Shown: positions 26,122-39,400 of the stretch, one piece after another
How positions within the stretch are numbered: the stretch's first letter is position 1
Layout of the letters: the number at the start of each line of letters is the position of its first letter
NCBI GenBank assembly: GCA_047967505.1
Contig: CM106538.1
Source of the DNA: Dipteris shenzhenensis
Lineage: Eukaryota
DNA length: 64,000 bases
Reading direction: 5' to 3' (one strand)
Notes under the pieces: generated by a model
The model's database searches: none
What the model was told of the DNA's origin: nothing
The model's input: the letters and a program-made list of their open reading frames with translations, nothing else
Translations under genes and position numbers: made by a program

Positions 26122-28518
26122 TGTTAGGAAATGGAGTCAATTTGAGTGACTTTTAGTGTGTTTCTATTGAGTTCTAGAGTAGTACTATACTACTTTATAT
26201 CCTAGAGTGCCACGTGTCACTATGGGACTTATCACATATACATTTGACATGTAGAGTGTGTGTGCCTATATAAAGGCATTGTACTTTCTCATGTCAAATC
26301 AATCAAAGCCTTTCTTGATCATGTAAGTACTTTGCTTGATTGTACATTTCTTTCTAGCATTCTTTCATTTCCATTATGTTTGCCTAGTCTTGCTTTTTTA
26401 CTTTCCTTTCCATTCCATGTCTTGCATCTTCATATGGTATCAGAGCTAGGCTATCTTCCAAGAGGTTGAGGTAAGAGATTGAGGACATTGAAGCCTCTCT
26501 CCCTCATTTCCCTTGGAGGAATGCCTTCTCCAATTCTACCTTGAGCTCAATCTTCTCTTCCACCCTAAGCCTCACCATTGGAGAGCTTCAGCAATAAGAG
26601 ATTATCACTTCAGCTCATGCCATTCAGCTTGCTATTTAGCTTGTGGTTTAGACTACAGCAAGCAACAAACAACCCACTATTATGCTCGCTATTCTACCTG
26701 CTTCTACTTGCTTCTCTACCCACAAACAGCCCGCCATCTTGTTGCTCTTTTGCTCACCTCTCTGCCTGCAAACAGCCCGCCATCTTGTTGCTCTTCTACT
26801 CAGCTCTCTGCCCACGTAATGCTGCTGCCCACACTGCTCCAAACATAGAGCTGCTGCCCACACTTTCCTACTTCTGCCCACCATCTCCTCTTCTACAATT
26901 CCATTGTTCCTGCCATATGCTCTTCCTCTTCTATAGATCCATTCCATTCAGCACTCTCATTTATAGCTATCTCTTCTAGCTGTTAACTTCATGGGTTCGA
27001 TTTCCACCAACTCTCTCCTTGTGGACAAATTCAAGGGGGACGGATTCCCAACATGGCAAACAAAAGTTTAATTTCTTCTCATGAAGGAAAATGTTTGGGA
27101 TGCCATCAAAGATGATGAAGCACTTGAGGCATCAACGGAGCCTCAAATATGCAAGATTTGGAAGCAACACAATTCGAGGGCCATCGCAATCATCGGGCTT
27201 TGCCTAGATGATTCATTGATTCATTATATCGACTTCAAGTCCACGGCTAAGGAGATTTGGGCATGCCTCAAAAATATATTTGGTAACAAGATCACCAACT
27301 CCAAGGTTTTTCTAAAAATGCAATTTTATAAATTGAAAATGGAAGAGTTTGATACCTTGAGTGCACATATAGCAAAAATTCAATCTTTAGTTCAACAACT
27401 CTCCAACTTGAAGTGTAGCCCAAAGGTGAGGACAAAATGGTTGTCCTCATGACAAGTATGGAAGGGATTTCTCGCTTTGAGAATGCCCTTGAAGTACTTT
27501 GCATTGCATCGACTACATTCGAAGATATGGTGTCTCTTCTTCTTGAAAAGGATTGCCACAACAAAGAATCTCAATCCTACTCATTGGATACTACATAGGC
27601 TCTTGCCTCCACCAGCAAATGGAGACCTAGGCCATCAACTCCACCAGCACGAGGAAAGACATTCAAGCCGTTCAAGTGCACTTATTGCAACAAGCTCGGT
27701 CATACTGAGGATAGGTGCTAACATAAGCTTGCTCAACAACAATTGAAGGATCATGCGAGTTGGGTGGCATCTGCCATTATTGATGATGTAGATGAAGATG
27801 ACCATCCGACACAAGATCATGCTCTTACTGTCTGTCTCCAACATTTAGAGGATGATGGAGATCATGATCTTGATTTCTAAGCATGATATATTTGGGTACT
27901 CTGGGGTGTTTCCCAAAAATGAATGCAATAAATCATGTGTGTGTAGTCCATAAAGGTACTCTGTCTTGGACAGTCCTCCTAAAGCGATGTATTTCTTTTC
28001 TATTTTTGGTGTGTTGCTCCATGTTCCTCATTACTCTTTGGAGCCAGGAGGGGATGTACTATGGGAGCCATGTGTTTTTGGCTTTGATAGGTCTATTTGT
28101 TGGTGCATTGGACTCCTAGACCTCTGAGTTGATCATGCATCCATGCGTGATGAGCCTCTGAGCCATGCTAGATGAGATTTCTATGTTATGCTCACTAGTA
28201 GCCTCTGAGCCATGCTCATTACCCTTTGAGATTGTGTGGGAGCCATGTCTGACATGCACAGTTTTGATGACTGTCATGTTCTATTCTTGGTTCCATTCCA
28301 GTAGTCCCTCACCTTTCCTCCATGGGGGGGTGTTACGAAATGGAGTCAATTTGAGTGACTTTTAGTGTGTTTGTATTGAGTTCTAGAGTAGTACTATACT
28401 ACTTTATATCATAGAGTGCCATATGTCACTATGGGACTTATCCCATATACATTTGACACTTAGAGTGTGTGTGCATATCCTATAAAAGCATTGTATTTTC
28501 TCATGTCAAATCAATCAA
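26122..28518 (+). mobile_element. Non-autonomous gag-only copia element (family D), 3' LTR truncated
   Basis: 5' LTR ~26122-26432, PBS TGGTATCAGAGC 26435-26446, PPT G7 28324-28330. 3' LTR 28331-28518 matches the 5' LTR. No pol motifs inside. Confidence 0.88.
26991..27750 (+). pseudogene. Copia gag (family D), with stops and frameshifts
   Basis: DKFKGDGFPTWQTKV*FLLMKENVWDAI; TAKEIWACLKNIF; Zn knuckle CTYCNKLGHTEDRC. Confidence 0.85.
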
Positions 28519-28520
28519 GT

Positions 28521-28987
28521 TGTTGAAGACTCAGTCTCCACCTACTTGGCCAATAACCCAGGGTCAGCATAGGTTAGGATAAGTCAGTCCCATGGCACAA
28601 GGAAGTTACTAAGCATGTAGTGGATACCACTTTCTGCAATTGATAAGTAGTGGTCTAATGCAATAGTATGATGTTTTGTAACAAGGGCTGTTACTAAAAG
28701 ATATAACTGACTATAGACTTATAATAGTCGGAATGGATCTGGATAGCTATAAAAGTCCTATAACGACCCATTTTAAGGTTGAGTTGTTGTTTATCTCTGC
28801 TGAAGCATAATACAATATATCCATTTTGAAAATTCATGAGTTCTTTGCTATTCTTTCATTGTTTAGTTCAGTTTACATGCAATCTGACTCTTGTAAGACT
28901 CCTTGCACTGGTTGCATTTGAGTTGATGTGTGATCTGTGTTTTCATTTATTGAATGCACTCTAAACACATTTGGCGACCCTCACAGT
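28521..28987 (+). mobile_element. LTR with tRNA-Arg-like PBS (probably Tat/Ogre-type gypsy)
   Basis: TGTTG start at 28521, where the family D LTR breaks. CTATAAAAG near 28747, CA end at 28969, then TGGCGACC..ACAGTG from 28972. Confidence 0.55.
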
Positions 28988-29319
28988 GTTCATTCCTCAA
29001 GTCTCTGGTCCACGTTGCTTCACGCTGATAACAATAGCAGAGATAGCAAAGCGACAACTCCATAAAAACAAAAGCAAATTGAAGCAGAAATAGTTGTACT
29101 AGATAATCTTTGTCTGCGAGTATGCCACTCATACAAAACGACAACCCAACCGAATATGGTAGCGAGGCTGGAGCGGTGAATGATCATTCATAGTTCACAT
29201 ACCAAATCTATGTAGTTTGCATTACTACAAAAGTCGCGTAGAATTCACTCACATCGAATAGCCATGTGTATGCAATCATAGAGGTCAAGCTAGGCTACAT
29301 CAATATAGAATTCCTCAGA

Positions 29320-29470
29320 CACCAATAGTCAGATTACCGGTGGAAACAAGACCAACAATAGACGATAACAAATCAAGACAACAATGGTCGGATTACCGAT
29401 GGAAAGAAGACCAACAACAGATGACAACAAATCAAGACAACAATACTCGAATTATCGGCGGAAAAATGAT
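29320..29470. repeat. ~59-bp tandem repeat, about 2.5 copies
   Basis: CAAT.GTC.GATTACCG.TGGAAA.AAGACCAACAA.AGA.GA.AACAAATCAAGACAA repeated. Confidence 0.75.
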
Positions 29471-29782
29471 GGGCAACGAGTGACATCAAACACAATGACA
29501 AGCAACTACAACAAATACAATCCAACATCAACATGGAGTCACAATAGGTAGAGTAGCATTCGAGGCTTCAAACTCAAGAACAATCAAGTGACTGAAATCC
29601 TATGAGTAAAGCATAGTCCATGTCAAATAGGCCTGGGGAAGATCTCTCTCACATCGCATTGGTATTGCATACTTCACACGAAATAGAAGTTGGGCAGAGA
29701 TTGCATCACAAATGGAAGATCCAGATGACATTCTACACGACTCTGATTATATTCCAAGTGGCACAAGTTCCTCAGATAATTT

Positions 29783-30229
29783 ACTCATCATCAAGGCTTT
29801 GTTCTGAGCCACTGGATTCACCATCCACATAAGAGTGACCTGCATTCACATCAAACATGGGCTGATCTACTTTCTCTTTTCCTTTTTGTGATACTTGCAT
29901 ACCACTATCTGCATTGCTTTGAGGAGATCCTCCTAATCTCAATCTGCTTGTCCATGGCTAAGTATGTGAACCACTGCTAGAGGACACTACAAGTCCACTA
30001 ATATTTTGTGATTGCTGTTGTGAATTCTGTGCAGAATTACCATTTTGTGCATCTACGTCATCAATCACATTTATTGGTTTATACGAGATGCTCATCTCAT
30101 AAAAAACAACATTTTTGCTTACTGTAAACTTAGAGTAGAAGGGTTATAGCATCTATACCCTTTCTACTACAGAGAATAACCAATAAAGATGCACTTCTCA
30201 GCTTTTGGATCCAACTTGGATCTCAACTC
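29783..30229 (-). mobile_element. Copia family A integrase C-terminal fragment
   Basis: Colinear with ~18213-18660 and ~15440-15887. Confidence 0.9.
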
Positions 30230-30519
30230 TGTTAGAGGATAAGGATTGACAATACTTGATTAGGCTCTTGTGAGATAAGGTCAAAATTTTTATTTCAAAA
30301 ATTTCTAGCCATCGAGATGTGCCAGGTGTTAACATAATTAAAATGTCTATTCAAATACAGAGAAAATATATATGATCCAAAAAGGTATAGGAAAAAGGGT
30401 CATAACTATTGGGATCAGCCATCGAAACTGAAAAACGTGTAATCTACACAAGGTGAAAGGAGAGAGTATCAGAAAAACCAAACAGAAGATGTATCAAGAT
30501 GAATATGTTCACAAAGTTA

Positions 30520-32363
30520 TGTAGAATCCCGTAGGATAGAATAGATGCATCTTGAAAGAGGTGTGAGAGCACAATGAAACAAAATGGTAGTTCTCTATTA
30601 TGGATTGTGAGAGAGAGGACTCTCTCTTATAGAAAGGGGGAGAAGGTAGTACCTTCCCTACATAAGTGGCAATCAGCCCCTACATCAGTGGGAATCAGTC
30701 CCTACATCAGTGGGATTGCCTTTGGCTTACATCATCACTTAGGTCACACACTAGACACATCATAGCACTTGATGTGCCTTTACAACACACACAAACACAC
30801 ATGTGACTCCCTTAGATGCACATATGGACCATAGAGCAAGCCCTTGATCATACTTATCCCAACATACCACGCCTCAAGGGGTTGCCTCTTGCACTGTCAA
30901 GGATACATCTAGTCTCATAGTTTCTCATGCCATCTCATGGTGGTTAAGGATAAATCTATGGCTAGGATCTCATGCTAGCAAGGGTTCCCAAGGGTGTGAG
31001 GTTCACAGAAATTGGATAGACAAAACACATATCACATGGTCTACATCATATGGTGATCACAAGTGATTTAGAAAAGACATAACATATGATATTCTTTTTG
31101 GAGTACTACTCTAGGTAGAGAACCTCAAAATTTGACCAAGTGATGATAAACAAAAATTCAAAAGACAAAGTGCTTAAAAAGCATAGTCTTTATTGTCTTC
31201 ATTTGCTGATGGAGTTCTTCCTTCAGGCAGATTTGCTTTGGTGTTGAAGTAGTCCTTCTTGTCTTTGATCAACCAATTAGCTTCTTCTTTTGTAGACTTC
31301 TTTCCATTCACAACATACCATATCTTCTTTTTCATAAGCATAAACTCAGCTTTTGTTTGAAAAGTATGGAAACTAGTTCCATCAAACTTTTCTATTTGCT
31401 TGGGTTTAGTCATGTTTATAGTTCAAGTACTCATCAAAGAGAATGACATAGTCATCGTTCTAAATGCAAAGTATTCCAAGCAAATCCAGGTTTTAGCTCT
31501 ATTCAAGGGGATTTTTATGCAGGATGAAAGGCCTTATACAGAGAAGGTCCTCCACCAAGGAAGGGCACAATGTTGCGCCAGGTTGCCATAGCCAAGCTTG
31601 AAAAATCTGATTGGTTTTTTATCTATTGCACCTCCATTTTTTGACCAAACGAGCTCAGATTTCAACAGCAGCTTGCCTGTAGTGTCATGCAGCTCTTGCT
31701 TAGAGGGATTTGCAGATAGGTAAGCATAGAGGTGGCATTGTGCGATTTATCGGTGAGTAGTCTTCGTGTTGGTGTTGCGCATATAGAGGAGAACTTTCTA
31801 ATTGCTTGTAGCTGGAAGGTCGCCCATATGTGAGGAGTTTACAGCTCAAAGGGTTTGAGCAATGGTTGCTTATAGGTAGAGAACAGAGCTCTCACAGATT
31901 TGGGGAAGAAGGAGAAAAATGAAGAAGATGAAGAAGCTTTGAAAAACTAGTAGTTTATGCTAGAGGAAGCATCTAATGCTAGGTTAGGCTAGATCTAAAA
32001 CCTAAAGCTCTGATACCAAGTGTAGAATCCCATAGGAAAGAATAGATGCATCTTGAAAGAGGTGTGAGAGCACAATGAAACAAAATGGTAGTTCTCTATT
32101 ATGGATTGTGAGAGAGAGGACTCTCTCTTATAGAAAAGGGGAGAAGGTAGTACCTTCCCTACATAAGTGGTAATCAGCCCCTACATCAGTGGGAATCAGT
32201 CCCTACATCAGTGGGATTGCCTTTGGCTTACATCTCACTTAGGTCACACACTAGACACATCATAGCACTTGATGTGCCTGTACAACACACACAAACAAAC
32301 ATGTGACTCCCTAGATGCACATATGCACCATAGAGCAAGCCCTTGATCATACTTATCCCAACA
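30520..32363 (-). mobile_element. Complete 1.84-kb non-autonomous copia-type element (family F)
   Basis: LTRs 30520-30864 and 32021-32363 (few differences). PBS complement 32007-32018. TSD AGTTA at 30515-30519 and 32364-32368. Only a gag N-terminal stub remains (IEKFDGTSFHTFQTK, ORF 31174-31413). Confidence 0.95.
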
Positions 32364-32719
32364 AGTTAATGATCCAAATGACTATCTTATTGTATATATA
32401 TGTTTGTTGAATTGTCTCCAATTATCTGTTTCCTGATTTTTTCAACTTACAAAGAAAGAGAGAGTTTCTTGATATGTTCGAGTTCATAATCCTTCTGATT
32501 GAGATGAGAGATCCATGCAAAAACGTTAATTCTTCACTTGCAACCGATTCAATCTAAACTAAATGTGGAGTACTCAACCCCGTTAACACCTACACTACCC
32601 TCCTCCCTCACACTCCTCCCTCCCACATCTCATTATCTCATACCACCCCCTTCACACTCCCCCCTGCCACCACCTCCCCGACTCAGTTGCCAACCCCCCC
32701 CCTCGTAGAGAAAAAAAGA

Positions 32720-33010
32720 AAACCTAACCCTAACCTATTCACGAACTATAGTAAGGTTAGGTTAGGTTTGTTGGTTTAGTTAAGTTAACTGTTAGTTAGT
32801 CTAGGCTCACTATAGTTAGCCTTAGGTTGGATTAACTAGAGGTTAGGTTGATTGGGGGTATGTTAGGTTAGACTAACTAGGTAGTTGGATTAAGTAGGTC
32901 AGCTAGCTTAATTGAACAATTAGGTTAGTTGGACTAACTGGGTAGTTAGACTAATAAGACAATTACATTAGTTACACTAACTAGTAATTAGGCTAACTAA
33001 TGTTAGATTA
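32720..33010. repeat. Degenerate TTAGG/GTTAG low-complexity array
   Basis: AACCTAACCCTAACCT followed by GGTTAGGTTAGG..GTTAGTTAG variants; preceded by a C-rich tract at ~32590-32703. Confidence 0.6.
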
Positions 33011-33314
33011 GTTCACTTATATTTAAAACACATTCACACCAACAAGTAAGACCAAGAACCCCCTCCCAAAAGCCCATATTTTCCTCCTCATTTAACCATC
33101 CATAACTCGCCCTTTTGAAAACCAAATTGATTTGAACCCAATTTTCACACACAAAAACACCATGATACAGGGAAATTTTCTAGCCCATTATGTAGCATTT
33201 AGGCATCCCTAGCAGTTGTTAATTCATGCTCCTGTGTGGGCTAATTTTCACACTAATTTGCTCATAATTTTCACTCATGACCTCTGATTGGCAATCTGTT
33301 TACAGTGGCACATT

Positions 33315-33367
33315 TGAAAGATCTCAACAACGGAAGTGAAATGGAAGAAGGTGTGAGAGAGGGAGAG

Positions 33368-33404
<37 letters not shown>

Positions 33405-36400
33405 GTTTTGGTGGGTGCAAAACACCCTAATCTTCTATGTCATCCATATATATATGTGTTTGAGTATTGTACATAACCGGGGCTAAGGTACAGTGGACTT
33501 TAGCCCCCTCAACCTCCCACTTAAAAGCCAAAGGGAGAACAACCAATGGACATACTATCAAATGCCCATCAATACATGACAATACCCAAACTGCTGACTA
33601 GGTAGACTCTTCATCAGCATATCTGCAAACCTTGACAAGCTCTATGCGCTTGTCATCAAGTACCTCCCTGATAAAATTGTATATGTGGGTGGATTCACAT
33701 CCTAGAAAGTGATTCTCCTCAATTACACTTCCTCATGGGTGTCTTAGGCATCTTCTTCTCATTGAAGACCACATCATGGCTTCGTATGATCTTCTTTGCT
33801 TCTGGATCTAGAGATGATGGCCCATCTCTCCACTTTCACCATAACCTAGAAAGATGCATTTCCTAGACTTAGCATCTAGCTTCTTTCGAAGCTCTTTGGC
33901 CACATGTGCATATGACTCACACCCAAATATATGCAAATGAGAGTAAGAGGATTTCTTGCCACTTCATGCCTCATTAGGAATACCACCATCCAAACTCTTA
34001 CTAGGTGATCTATTAATCACATGCACTATAATGTTCATTGCCTTAGCCCAAAAACCAACAGAAAGACTTGCATTGGAAAGCATACATTGCAACCTTTCCT
34101 GACTAGTGCAGTTCATCCTCTCTGCAACTAGATTTTGCTCTACAGTACGAGGGGGTGTGAGCTCCCTCTTGATACCACGTGTATCATAGAAATGCTGAAA
34201 GTCATGAGAGAGATACTCTCCACCATTGTCAGTCTGTAGTAGGCATTTAAGCGTTCTACTTGACTGATTTTCAAACAAAGACAGCCATTTGTGAAATACC
34301 TAGAACACATCCTTGGGGGGTGCACTACTAAGAAATTGTATGTATCACGTGCATTCAAGGGGTATTTAAAAAACCCCTTGACTAAAAATTTTCACCGAAT
34401 AGAAACATCCCTCTATACTTATGAACTAAGTGATTTTTTTCTAAAGTTACCGTTCGGCGAAAGCGAAAAGTTGGACGGCTCTAACTATCCACTCTAGAAG
34501 TTCAAGATGAAGACCATCCTAAGCACATACGAGCTTTAGGACACTGCTACTGGGGTGGACGTGAGGTTGGTTGCGAGACAGGATCCAGCCAATGTAGGAC
34601 AACAAATAGTACCAACTGCGGATGAGATTCTCGCATGGACAAGAAGAAATGCAGATGCACTGTGTTCTATTGTCTGCAGTGTTAGTGATTTCGTCATGGC
34701 GTTAATTCAACATGTCACCACAGTGGAGGAGACATGGATGGTCTTGAAAAATTAGTACGAGACCATGAATCAGACGTGGATTCAAAATCTGGAGACTCAA
34801 CTTGCGAACGAGAAGTTGTCTGAGTTTGAAGTAGTAGACAAGTTCATCACTAGGGTGAAGAATCTGCACGATCAGATGGCTACGATTGGCATCACCATCA
34901 CCAGTAAGAATCTAGCACGAAGGTGCATACGGATTCTCCCACCAAAGTACAGCGGTCTTGTTACAGCGTTGAATACATAGAACAGAAATCCGCCCCTCAA
35001 CTTTGAGGATTTTAGTGCAATGCTTTTGGAGGAGGAGATGCGTCAAAAGATGAGGACTGCAGAAGATTCGGCTTTCTGGACCAGATCAAAGAAAGGTAAG
35101 GGTAAGAACTCTGGTAACCCATCTTCTTTTGATGATAAAAAGAGAAAGAAGAAGATCAAGTGCTTCTATTGCAGCAAGGCAGGGCACAAGCAAAATGAGT
35201 GCCAAAAGAAGATTGTAGATGAGAAGAACGGAGTAAAGAAAGAGTCAAGCAAGAGTGCACATGTAGTACCAATAGAGCTGTTTGTCGTAATTGAGGAGAT
35301 TTGCATGGAGGCAGTTCATGTACATATAGATGAACCTTGGATCATTGACAGAGGTGCATCCCACCATATGACCAATCGGAAGGATTGGTATACCTCTCTA
35401 TAGCCGGTAGGGAATGACATCATGGTAGCAGTCGACAATAATGCAAAATGTCCAGCAAAAGGAAAAGGTACGATTGCTCTCAAGTCAAATGGAGTTGTAA
35501 AACAGTTGTCCAATGTTCTTTATGTGCCAGATATCAAGAGGAACTTGTTGTCCATTTCTGCAATCACGGATCGAGACCTCAAAGTTCAATTCGATAAGAA
35601 TGGTACATAGATCCTAGATCTTCAAGGAAAGGTCATTGGTAAAGGTACACGGCGCAACAACATTTATGAACTCTCAGCTTTCAGTGCTCGAGCAGATGTG
35701 AAGAACACTAAGCTGTGGCATGAGAGGTTTGGTCATCTAAATCTTAGTTCTTTGAAGGAGATGCATAAAAGTGGAATGATTACAGACCTACGAGAAATTT
35801 CAGATCTGCCCGATGTATATGAAGTTTGCATGATGGGCAAGCAGCATCGGCAGCCCTTTCCTAAATAGGCCAATAGGGCAAAGGATCCTCTATAGCTCGT
35901 ACACACGGACCTCTGCGGAAAGATGGAGATGGAAGCTTTGGGTGGTTCCTACTACTTCATGACATTGATCGATGACTATAGTAGAAGGATATGGATATAC
36001 TTCCTGAAGACGAAAGACGAGGCTTTCAATAGGTTCAAGGAATGGCATGTAATAGTCAAGAAAGAATTGGGGGGAGGAAGGTGAAAAAGTTGAGATCAGA
36101 CAGAGGTGGAGAGTTCACATCGGATTGAATTCGAAAGTTATTGCAAAAGTCACGGGATCAAGAGGCAGAAACCCCCACCACATACATCACAGCAAAATGG
36201 AGTAGCAAAACGCAAGATGTGCATCATCTACGAATTGGCCGGAGTATGATGAAAGGGAAAGATTTGCCAAAGACTTTCTGGGCTGAAGCATGTAACACTG
36301 CAGTTTACATCCTCAATTGTAGTTACACGAAGGCTGTGAATGGGATGACTCCACTACAAGCCTTTTCTGGTAAGAAACCTTCAACTGCACATTTCAGAGT

Positions 36401-39400
36401 TTTTGGATGTGACTGTTTTGTGCATGTCCCTTATGCTACCAGGACCAAATGGGAACCAAAGAGCCAGAAGTGTATTTTCTTGGGCTACAGTGAAGAGGCA
36501 AAGGGTTACCGTCTCTATAACCCTGTTACCAAGAAGGTAATTATAAGTCATGATGTGGTCTTCTCAGAACAACCGCATCAATTGGAGGAGGATGCTTCCT
36601 TCCTAGACAACCAGGACCAGGATATCCATCCAGTACCGCCACCAATAGCAGACCGAACTCCCCCAATAGTGCTTGGGAGGATTCAAGACAAAGAAGATGA
36701 AGAAGAGCCTATAGAACCATAATGGCAATGGCCATTCCCAAAGTGGGTAAAGTAGCTTTTGGATGGTAGAGAACCTCTAGCCATTGAGGAGGAACCATTC
36801 GAACACCACTGGTCCAAGAGATTAGAGGAGCAAAGAAGGGTGCATGAACACTTGGTCAACTATGCTTTGATGACAGAAGTGATCCATGCTAATGAATCCA
36901 AGTGTCTTGAAGAGGCACAGGGCGATGATAGGTGGATGGAGGCTATGCAGTTGGAGTATGGCTCCATAATGAAGAACAACACTTGGGACCTTGTGGATCG
37001 ACCACCAAAACGCAAGGTAATTGGAACCAAGTGGGTATACACGACCAAGTACAAGTCTGACGTTGGATAAGTACAAGGCTTGGCTCATGAAAAAAGGATT
37101 TGCACAGGTACATGGTTTTGATTATCAAGATACTTTTGCTCCCACAACTCGACTAACCACAATTCGTAGTGTTTTGGCTTTAGCTGCCTAGGGAAGTTGG
37201 CACGTGTTTCAGATGGATGTGAAATATGCCTTTCTGAATGGAGATCTCAAGGAGGAGGTATACGTGGAACAACCACCAGGTTTTAAGATCCTCGATTCAG
37301 AAGGTAAAGTCTGCAAACTGAAGAAGGCACTTTACAGGCTGAAAGAGGCCCCACGAGCATGGTACCAGCGAGTTGATGCCTACTTTTTGAAAAATGGGTT
37401 CAAGAGGAGCCCATATGATGCAAATTTATATCTTTAGAGAAGGAGGCAGGTGTATGATTGTGGTCCTTTATGTGGACGACCTTGTCATAACAAGGAACCA
37501 TGAGAAGATCTCACAGACGAAGCATTTGCTAGGAAGAGAGTTTGAAATGACAGACCTCGGACTGATGCATTTTTGTTTGGGGATTGAAGTTTGGCAGGAG
37601 CCGAAATAGATCTTCATTTCACAGCTGAAGTATGCTGGAGAGATATTGAAGGCATTTGGCATGGCTGAGTGCAAGACAGTTGGTACCTCTATGGAGGTTG
37701 ATGCGAAGCTCTCAAACGAAGATTCATCACCACTGGTGGATGAAGCGAAGTACAGAAGGCTTGTGGGCAACTTGATTTACCTGTGCAACACATGGCCGGA
37801 CATCAGTTTTGCGACTGGTGTACTAACTAGGTTTTCCAATAAGCCCCGAGAGAACCATTGGATGGTAGGGATGCGAGTGTTGAAATACATCAAAGGCACA
37901 CTTGATTATGGCATCATCTATACCAAGGGCAACATCTTGACCAGATTCTATGACTCGGAATGGGCAAGACGTGGATAGCAGGAGATCAGTGACAGGGTAC
38001 TATTTCTCACTTGGATCTGGAGTTGTGTCATGGGTCAGCAAGAAGCAACCCACAGTTGCTCTTTCTTCTACCGAGGCCGAGTACAAATTTGCATGCTTTG
38101 CTTCTTGTGAGGCAGTGTGATTGAGGAGGACTTTGGGGGACATGGGTGCAGTGCAGAACAAGCCTACGCAATTATCATGTGACAATCAGAGTTGCATGGC
38201 GATTGCAAAGAACCCGGTGTTCCAAGCTCACACAAAACACATTGAGATTCAATTTCACTCTGTACGCGAGCTCATCATGGATGGAGAGGTCTACTTGGTG
38301 TATTGTCTGACTACAGAGAATGCTGCAGACATCTTCACGAAGGCTCTTGGAAGAGACTTGCTGGAGAGGCATCTTCATTGACTTGGCATTGGGCCGAAAA
38401 AGTAAGTTCACTTGCGGGTGGACATTGAGGGGGGGTGTTAGATATCAATGCTCCACTCTCTTGTAACTATGCGAGAACCAGCTAACTCTACTTGTAAACC
38501 CCCCATATGAGGAGAAGGCATTTGAGTAGCTCGGTTATTCGGTAGGTCCTGGTTTGGACACCAGATGGGGGCCATGTGTGGCCTGATGGCTAGATGGCTT
38601 CAGATAGAGTTGGCACACCACCAACTAGGCTACATGCAAGTGCGGGAAGGCATCCCTTGATTGACCGCACTGAGGGTAGATGGAGCATTTCTCGAGCAGC
38701 CCACTCTCGAGTTGCGGGGCCCGTTTAGAGCCTCAGATGATTCCGAATGGCTCTGGGCCGAACAGAAACCATCTCGGGTTGCTCTGATTTTTGCGCACCG
38801 GTTCTATCGTATGGTCGGTGCCCTATTTCAAGACCGACCCCTAGTCGACCATTTTGGGTGGACTGGGTCGGCCACCCAATTGAGCCTAAGCGGCTACGAC
38901 TAGTGGCTATATAAGAGCAAGCTCATGAAGCCCATTTCATCACTGGCTACAGCAACCCTGATTCCTTAGCATCCAACATCCATCTTCTACTATTTCCAAC
39001 ATGCCATCGAAGCTTCTTTCATAGGAGCACACGGTTGGGAGGCAGCGCCATCTATTGTATCAGTTCTATAGTAATCAAATTCTCTTCATACTATCTTGTT
39101 TTCTCTCTTGCATACGAGATCTTGTTATCTGTTGAGCACAGACGTATTATTTTCTTACAATTCCAATTATCCTCAGACATATCTGCAAGCTTAGCTTCTA
39201 TCCCTGCCAAGGGTTTAATCTACTTCTTCTGAATAAGCACATCCCTTATCTAATCTTTCAAAAAAGAAAAGTTTGTCCCATCAAATTTTTTAATGCTGAA
39301 AAACTCCTTTTTCAGACATGGAAGAGGATGCCATGATGCAAATAAAGAAAAATTCCAAATGCTAGTACTTATAAGAGAGAAATCACATGAAATACCAACT

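Noticed and set aside
30230-32588. Possible solo LTR (TGTTA..TAACA) hosting element F
   Set aside because: No TSD, PBS, PPT or second copy in the window to confirm it.
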